Assembly: GCF_009914755.1 (NCBI RefSeq)
Contig: NC_060933.1
DNA from: the human T2T-CHM13v2.0 reference genome, Homo sapiens
Direction: 5' to 3' (one strand)
DNA length: 64,000 bases
The notes under the pieces were generated by a model. It saw only the letters and a program-made list of their open reading frames with translations. It did not search any database and was not told the DNA's origin. Of this stretch, positions 55,217 to 64,000 are shown piece by piece (the stretch's first letter is position 1; each line of letters opens with the position of its first letter). The position numbers were made by a program, and so were the translations under genes.

Positions 55217-56472
55217 AGAGGCAGGAATGATTCTTAAGTGAGAAACAGTTGTTATATCTTTTAACATTTGTGTCAGAAATCCTAAAGGTCTGATGGGATA
55301 GCTGTGCCTCCACTGCATCTGGCAAATCAGAGGTGGACAGTGAGTGCAGCTGTATCTCCTGGTGGTCAGGGCAGCCTCACAGTTCGTCTCTTTGCAGCCC
55401 TACCTTACATGACTGGAAATGGCCCTGCGGGAGGCACCTGCTGAAGTGGTATTGCTGCTGGCCATCTGGGCCTACACTGCTGGCCATCTGGGCCTACACA
55501 GTGGATGAACCTAACATCCCTTCATCCTTTCTAAAGGTGTGAAAGTTGGGTGAAAATCAATGACAAATGGAGAGAAGGAGAAATAGTAGCTGAGGGCAAA
55601 GGAATGAATAAATGGGTTATGCAATGAGAGAAACCCAACAATATATTGGTGCCTCGAGGTAAGCTCAGAGCAAGGGAATTATATTGTCTCTTAGCACAGT
55701 TATACCAGATGCCTGAAAGGGTAAACTTGTGTGTTTGTCAAACCATCCCTGTTTTAGGAATCTGACAAGGTCGAATAGCAACCTGCAAACCTAGTGACAT
55801 CACTGTCAGAGACACTGTGGTCACACGACGATGACCAAGTGGAACTCTAGCATCTTTCAACTCTGACTTTTCAGGGTACATCTACAACAAAGGGTATCTT
55901 TTGGGAAGGGTTTTTTGGGAACTACTCCCTATTGGGGCATCAGACTGTGTGGTGTATGATTGCTGGTTGACTGACTCCTGTGTAACTATAAACCCAGGTG
56001 ATCAGAGGCTTACAAAGTTCTCCCTGGTTATCTTGGACGACATAGAATGGTGGCCTGTCCAACATGCCACAGTGTGTTGTGCACAGACACAAACCACCCT
56101 GTTCTGTGAATGGAAAGCTCTTACACAAACCAGGAAAAACCACTGGGATGGTGATGGAACTAAAGCAGTAGGCATCACCCGGTGGGTCCAAATTCCCCAA
56201 GGGAGCAGCCCCTCCATGCACAAGGAAGACAATGGAAACCTCTATGACATATTCAGACTAAATGACAATGAGGTGTGACCACGACTTACAAAATGCAAGT
56301 ATGGGGAAACCCAATACTTTTGAGTAATGAAACATGTATCCTAACTGCGCTCAGCCACGAGGACACAGTGGCAACAGCATGCATGGTGGCCTGAACACTG
56401 GCCCACCAGACAGAAAAGGGCCTTAGGGGAGACGGGTGCTGGCCTCGGCTTCATGGGATGAGCTGAATTTGC

Positions 56473-56790
<318 letters not shown>

Positions 56791-57255
56791 TAGCACTCAG
56801 TGGGGAAAAATTTATTGAAAAAAATAAGCAGATTAAAGGGAGCAAGGGGTGGGAGTCAGCCTGGGAGGACAATGAGGCTTCGGTGAAGTGGGTTGGGTAA
56901 CGTTGGGTAAAGCTAGCACCCAGTGTTGGGAAAGGGCTTCTCCCTAGATCCAACAGGGTTACTTGACTATTTTGTTACAGATGGAGGCCAAAGTGGCCGT
57001 GGGGCAGTGGCCCTCTGTCCTGGTTGCTGAGGCTCAAGGGGCCCACCTGTGGGAATCGTATGGGTCTCCAAACCTATGGAAGCTCTCTGAGAGCTCTTGC
57101 AACTTCGACCAATGCACTCTGCTCTGGATAACCCACATCCTGTAGTATAATCAGCAGGAAAAGGAACTAGTCTGAATACCACCTACATCCCTGTAGGAGA
57201 GAGTATGTGAGCCCTGCTATATAACAGAAGCCAGTCCTGCAATACAAGCCTGTGA

Positions 57256-57611
<356 letters not shown>

Positions 57612-60600
57612 TGTCATGGCTAGTTGTAATGATGCCTGGTCATAATAATATCTGCCATGTGAACACCGGCGGATTCTATTGGAAAGGCATAGCAAATGGC
57701 ACTTAAATTATGACTGATTTATTCTGTGATGAAGCTAAATTGTGCCATGACCATACTGCAGTGTGATGCAACACTGCATTTTTAGTAAGATAAGAATGAC
57801 ACATTCCATGTTTCATAGCATAGTATAGGAAAAAGGGAACACATCAACTTTTGCCATCTTCCTGACAAGCCAGGAGTTAAAAATAAGTAAATTAAATAAT
57901 AATGAAATCTAATCCTGTAATTTCTAAGCAAACATTACTTTGACTTTAATCAATAAGGTTATTTAAAGTTCATTGAAAAATCCATATTCCTGCGTTTAGA
58001 CTCATAAGTATTAACCAATTACAGAAGAATATAATACAAATAGTTTCTAAATGGACATAGAATTTAAATTCAGATTTTAATGAACTAACTTCTGGCACTG
58101 TAGAGCACATAATGTAGTCAGCATTTTGCAAATGTTGGAGTGTATACTTAGTAATGGAGTTGGTTAATAAATGTCAATGCAGTGAGACTGAGAATGGGAT
58201 AGATTAAAACTTTCTTTTATTCTTCTTGCCAGCTCTGTGGCTACATGGGTGTGAACTGGAACGAGGCAGAAGGGATCTATTTTTCTATTTAGTGCCAATG
58301 AGCCCCCATGGATCTACGCAGTGTGCTTTGTGCAGATGAAGGTAAAATCCCTCCCTGAGAGCAGGTCTGTGCTCACGGGTGTCGTTGGTTTCTCCATTCA
58401 CAAGCGTCAGGTGGAGCTTGGGTGGAAACCACCTTGATTCTTCAGGGCAGCTGCTCTGGTTTGTTCCATTTTTAGAGTTAGATTGTTTCCTTTAAGAGCC
58501 CTATACTTCACAGTAACAGACTCTGATTTGGAATTTGCATTCATTGTTTATTTTATTTTGTTTTTGCCCAAATAAGAAATTGCACATTTTTCTTTGCACT
58601 CTAAAGTCAAAAAGCCGAAGTGGGAATCATTATAAATGCAACATTTGAGTTCCTGTTATAGCTCCTTGTTCTTGGAAATGTTTCATTTGCATCAGGGTCG
58701 TGCCAGACATGGTAATGAAGGCCCTGAACAGAGGGAGAACCATCAGGGACTGCTGTGTGAGGAAAGCGTGGACTTTCATCCTGAAAAATGAATGTATCCA
58801 TAACAACATCCTCAAACATAGACAGCTCTGATTAGTGCTCCACGAGCCCTCTCTCTAAAAACATCTGAAAATGCATCACTCTTCCTGGGGCTCACATGAA
58901 TGGGGTAAATCCTTACGAAGGAGGGGCCTTGGTGCTCAGGAGGTGAAGCACACGCCATTCTCCAGGTGTGCACGTGGGTCCGAGGAATCAGGAGCTCAGG
59001 CTGCACAGCCCTGCCGCTGCCAATCACTGCTCACAGCCCCTGAGCCCTGCTCAGAGGCAGCAGCATTTCCTACTAGGGGCAAGGTGCAGCAGTCACCAGG
59101 ACACCCTGGCTCTTATTTGCAACTGCTGCATTACCTAATAGCCACCCATGGCTTCACGAGGAGGGATGCTCACAGCCCCCTGCAGAGCAGCCACCAGGTT
59201 CCAGCCCCACAGGGAAGCGTCTGCCGTGACTTCCACCCACACAGCCTCTGCTTCCACACAATCACCCTGAATGGCAAAGGCTAAACACTTTGGTAATCCA
59301 AAACAGTAAACCCCAATTGTGCTACTCATAGTCCAATTTCTAAAATTTTACACTACAGCTGTTGAAAAATTCTAATGTTTATTTCACTGCCAGAATCAGC
59401 AGGGTAATGGACGTTTCAGCAATAAACATCATGAGCAACACATGAAATCTAATTAGCATTATTCCAATTTGCAACAGTTAAGTAAGTTATTACTCTGGGC
59501 TTTCTCCCCCCTAGATACCAATGCTTAGATTCTTGTAAAAATGTCAACTCTAGAAAAATCCTCTTTCCACTTCCAATTTTTTCTAATTCAATCTGTTTTC
59601 TAGTATTTCTTTAGAAACAAACTAATGAAATTCTCTATCATCCAGCTGTATGTACAACAGAGTGAGCTTTGTGACGCCCTCTGCACAGGAGCAGTATCCG
59701 TGAGACAAAAGAGTGGGACTCTGTCACCATGATCACAGATGAAGGATGCCGGGACACTCTGTCAAAGGAGACTCAGAACTCCATATAGGACGCTTGACTA
59801 AGATCCCAGGTACTGTCACCATGACTGTCACCCACAATTTTCCCAGGAGGGAGACACCAGTAGGAAAGAGAACAGCCCCTGTGATGTCAGGGCCAACCTG
59901 TCTCCAGCCTCCGTTCTGCTAAGTAACTCTAGAAGTTCCTCTCCTGTCTCTGGCCCAACTGACCATGTGTCAGATGCCTGGGAAAAAGGAACACAGACTT
60001 GATGATGATTCCTGGTTCTGAGCTCATGTCGCTGTGCTCCCAGGCTGTTGACACAGGCAGGACCCCTGGGCTTCTTGGATTCAAGCACACAGTTAATAAC
60101 ACAAACCCTGACAGCCTAGGCTTGAGCTGGGGTTCGTTAGGGGTGGGTGGCAGTGGTAGGGGAATAACTTAGGAAAGTTATTTAAGCTGCCTGGGTCTGA
60201 ATTTCCTTGTCATAAAATAGGGGAAATAGTTGTACTTACATGGCACATCTGTGATGTGAATTAAATATCTGGCACCTACAACAGTGCCTGGCCCCCAGGA
60301 TTTGGTGTGTGAAGAGTCCAGGTATTGGTACGAGTCCATGTCCACTGTCTTCCCTGATCCCCAAACCCAGGTGCACCCATTAGTAACTAAAATGAGGCAG
60401 ACAAAAGGGATGAGTGATGAGCGGCAGTGGTTGCCAGAGGTAGGTCCAGGGACTATATTTCTTAAGACATTCTGGGTCAGGAATAATTACATAGAATGGA
60501 GCCAATAATTCCAAATCCATGTATTTAGTTAATAAGCTTTTATTTAGGGCATGCAGGTGCCAAATTTTGTCCCAGGCACTTACATATATTTAATCATTTA

Positions 60601-61949
60601 GTCTCCTCACAACCCATGAGAAATAAACATACTGTACTATCATTATCTACAAAGAAACATGGAATAAGACCCTAGAGAGAGCCTCCAGCAAAAGGGTGTC
60701 TGTGATCATTGTACATTTTTCAAAACATGTTCAATGACAAAAAAACCAGCTTTATAAAGTGCATGTTGAACTGTGATATAACTAGCAGTGCGTCTAAGAG
60801 TGAAACAATGAACATTAAAAATGAAAGGATCCTTGGGAAACAATCCAGCCCACCTTTTGTCTCTGTTTTGGTACAATTGTGTTTTTTGTAAGGCATGTTT
60901 TTGTTCCTTCACAATGTACTATTTACAGCAAACAGCAATATTTTTACCTTTCCATCTTTCTGTCCTCCCTGAAAGCTAACTCTCTAGAGGGAGAGAAGAC
61001 AATATGGGGTTTGACGCAAGGCGGTGCCCCAGCGCCAGGGCAGAGGGATGCACAGGCCTTATAGGAGCCCTTAGGGGCAGCGGGCGGGGCAGCTGCACAG
61101 ACACAGCCTTGGCGTTGTTCAGAAGGAGGGACATTCCAGGTGCTGGGCGAAGCAGAGGAGGTGCAGCCCTGGGGCAGAGCACAGTGAGGCTGGGCATGCG
61201 GCGGGCTATGGGCACCTTCCTGCTCGGGGACTTCTGAGTCTCCACTTGTTGAAAAACAGAAAAAAGCCAAGGCTCAAGCCAGTAGGGGAAGGAACCGCAA
61301 AGGTGTTTTTGCATGGTTAAAACAAAGAGATGATCGAAATATGATTTCATGGATCTGTGGTTCATCCCCATGCAAAGAGAATTTTTTTCTTAGGTTCAGA
61401 ACGCTTAAAGAAGATAACATGGTGAACAAATCTCCCAGGGAATCCACTTGAGAGATGAGGCACACTGACCACAGATCAGTGAGGTCCTCAATTATTAAAG
61501 TCTAGTTGCTCCGTTAGGATGAAAGTCTCTGTGGGAAGTAACTTCTAATTAAAGCTTGAGGTGTTCCTTTATACTAGCAGTTCTTGAGGGAAACTGGCTT
61601 GGCCATCACAGTGGAGACTGGAGAAGGCCGGGGTGGTCCCTGGATACTAGAGGGAAGTTGGGGAGAAGTGGTGGACAGTGCAGCCCTCTCACAGCACAAG
61701 CTCCTGGTCATCGGAGAATGGCTGACAGAGTAAACCCTGCCATGACCTAAGCTCTTAAAATGTCTGTCAAACTCTTAGGTTTATTGGACTTGGGAGTCCA
61801 GTAGTCGAGCTCAGTAACCCATATGGGGTCTGATAAGCTGTGATGTCACATTCCCGATGAGAGGAGGAGTAGCTCCAAGTTCTCATGTATGAGGTCTTGT
61901 TCTCCATGGGAGGGGGAAATACACTTCCAGTCCTTACTGCAGCAAGGCA

Positions 61950-62946
61950 TATGTTATCCAAAGGACCACCAGAATGGCTAGAGAGTAGAAAACAGAGTTT
62001 TATTGGCAATATCAGTTTGCAAACCAGGGAGAGATCATCTCTGGTAAGAACCGAAAGTGCTCTCTTTGAAGAACAAAGAGAAGATTAGAGGTTTTATAAC
62101 AAGGAGAAATGTTATGTATTCCTCTTTGAGTAAGTTCATTGGCACTAGGAAGGGTTTGGGGAGCTGGCAAGCTCTGAATGATGAGCAAAGGTGGTGGGAA
62201 AAATTAGTCACAGAGTTGTAGCAAGTTATCTCAGAAGCTAAGGATAAAACTGGTCTCAGGTGGCAACAAGCAGTTCCAGCAGTCAGGCTTGCAGAGAATT
62301 ACATTTTTGGAGCAATGTTTTGTACCATGAGTGCTTTATCCTCTGGCTTCTCAACTCTGTTTTAGTTGGATGTGATAAGAATGACATGAATATGTACATT
62401 TTTGCAGCACTATGTATGATAGCAAAGACTTGGGACCAACCCAAATGCCCACCAATGATAGACTGGATAAAGAAAATGTGGCACATATGCACCATGAAAT
62501 ACTATGCAGCCATAAAAAAATGGGTTCATGTCCTTTGCAGGGACATGGATGTAGCTGGAAACCATCATTCTCAGCAAACTAACACAGGAACAGAAAACCA
62601 AACACCACATGTTCTCACCCATAAGTGGGAGTTGAACAATGAGAACACATGGACACAGGGAGGGGAACGTCACACACTGGGGCCTGTCAGGTGGTGGGGG
62701 GCAAGGGAAGGGGGAGCATTAGGACAAATACTTAATGTATACGGGGCTTAAAACCTAGATGATGGGTTGATAGGTGCAGCAAACCACCATGGCACATGTA
62801 ACAAACCTGCATGTTCTGCACATTTATCCCAGAACTTAAAGTAAAATTAAAAAAGGAGAAAGCTAGTAACTGGTCTCAGAGCATCTAGAAACAAACAAAC
62901 AAACAAACAAAAAAAGAATAACCCAATTTGTATGATCAACCTTCAC
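61950..62946. mobile_element. ERV1-class LTR split by an L1PA insertion
   Basis: TGTTATCCAAAGGACCACCAG...ATCAACCTTCACA; family not assigned. Confidence 0.5.
62386..62854 (+). mobile_element. L1PA 3' end (5'-truncated)
   Basis: AKTWDQPKCPPMIDWIKKMWHI ORF2 C-terminus and L1PA 3' UTR to AACTTAAAGTA. Confidence 0.92.
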
Positions 62947-63141
62947 AAATGTATCATTCAGGTAGCAAACTATGTAAATGTTCGGAGTAATTTCAAAGCT
63001 GCATAACCAAAGGAGAGCAGGGGGACTCAGAAGGGCAGAAGACAGGAGCAGGCAGGGACATGCCCAGGCAAAGCCCTGTGGCAGCTTAACAAGTGTTGAG
63101 GAACTGAATCCATGTGTGATACACCTGAAAGAGAAAAGCAC

Positions 63142-63462
<321 letters not shown>

Positions 63463-63619
63463 TGAGAAACACACTTTCTGAGGCTGCTTAGGTGCTCCTT
63501 CATGCACAGGCCCAGGGCACTAGGCTGGAGAAGTAGTTCGACAGTGATTTGTGGGTCCTCTTGTTTATTCACACTCCAGTGACAAAGGCACAGTGGAAAA
63601 TCTTCTTTATTAAAGTAGC

Positions 63620-63999
63620 TGTGTTTGTCTGTTGGGCCACCTTAACAAAGTACCACAGAGTGACCTAAACATCAGGAATTTATTCTCACATGATTCTGGA
63701 GGCCAGAAGTCTGAGACCATGATGTCAGCAAGGATGGTTTCTCCTGAGGCCTCTCCTTGGCTGGCAGGTGCCATCTTCCCCCTGTGTCTTCACACCAGCT
63801 TCCCTCTCAGCATGTCTGTATCCTAATCTTTTCTTAGTAGGACACCAGTCCAATTGGATTAAGGCTCACCACATGACCTCATTTTAACTTAATTACCCCT
63901 TGAAAGACCTTATCACCAAATACAGTCATAGTCTAGGGTACTGCAGGTAAGGGTTTCAACAAATGAATTTTGGGGTAGGACACAATTCATCCCATAATA
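63620..63999 (-). mobile_element. MLT1 (MaLR) LTR
   Basis: TAACAAAGTACCACAG..TTCTGGAGGCCAGAAGTCTGAG..GACACAATTCATCCCATAA. Confidence 0.82.
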
Positions 64000-64000
64000 G

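Noticed and set aside
55455-55498. 22-bp perfect tandem duplication
   Set aside because: Ordinary slippage event in a dead ERV
57690-61950. Possible part of the SNX18/ANKRD pseudogene duplicon recalled near this locus
   Set aside because: No SNX18 or ankyrin coding sequence recognisable in the window; needs BLAT
62260-62751. 163-aa ORF with L1-like peptide
   Set aside because: Chimera of LTR and truncated L1 ORF2 tail

Overview
Primate (very probably human) genomic DNA, roughly half interspersed repeats. The only protein-coding sequence I can support is exon 1 of BICD2 (dynein cargo adaptor; in human it lies on chr9q22.31) on the minus strand: CDS 27299-27060, 80 codons, GCCACC-ATG start, GAG|GTGAGC donor. 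It sits in a CpG island that also holds a (GGC)11 repeat 58 nt upstream of the ATG and a TATA-less promoter with CCAAT, GC and ZNF143-like motifs facing both ways. Bases 1-27059 are part of BICD2 intron 1 (Alus, old L1s, a TSD-flanked MER11 solo LTR). Bases ~28.2-64 kb are upstream DNA with about 30 more Alus, nested LTRs (MER4>MER41>Alu), a decayed MLT2/ERV-L provirus, and a second class III ERV internal fragment that lacks the RT core but keeps RNase H, integrase and an env-like furin/fusion-peptide segment. There are no RNA genes, CRISPR arrays or intact transposon ORFs. I cannot demonstrate a new biological system. The best leads, all hypotheses, are the GGC-repeat reading-frame layout, a candidate recursive splice site and an acceptor/poison-exon cluster in intron 1, the RT-less env-bearing ERV, and a MER41 copy whose STAT1 sites have decayed to STAT6-type spacing. 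Repeat subfamily names come from memory of consensus sequences, and repeat boundaries are approximate unless TSDs are quoted.
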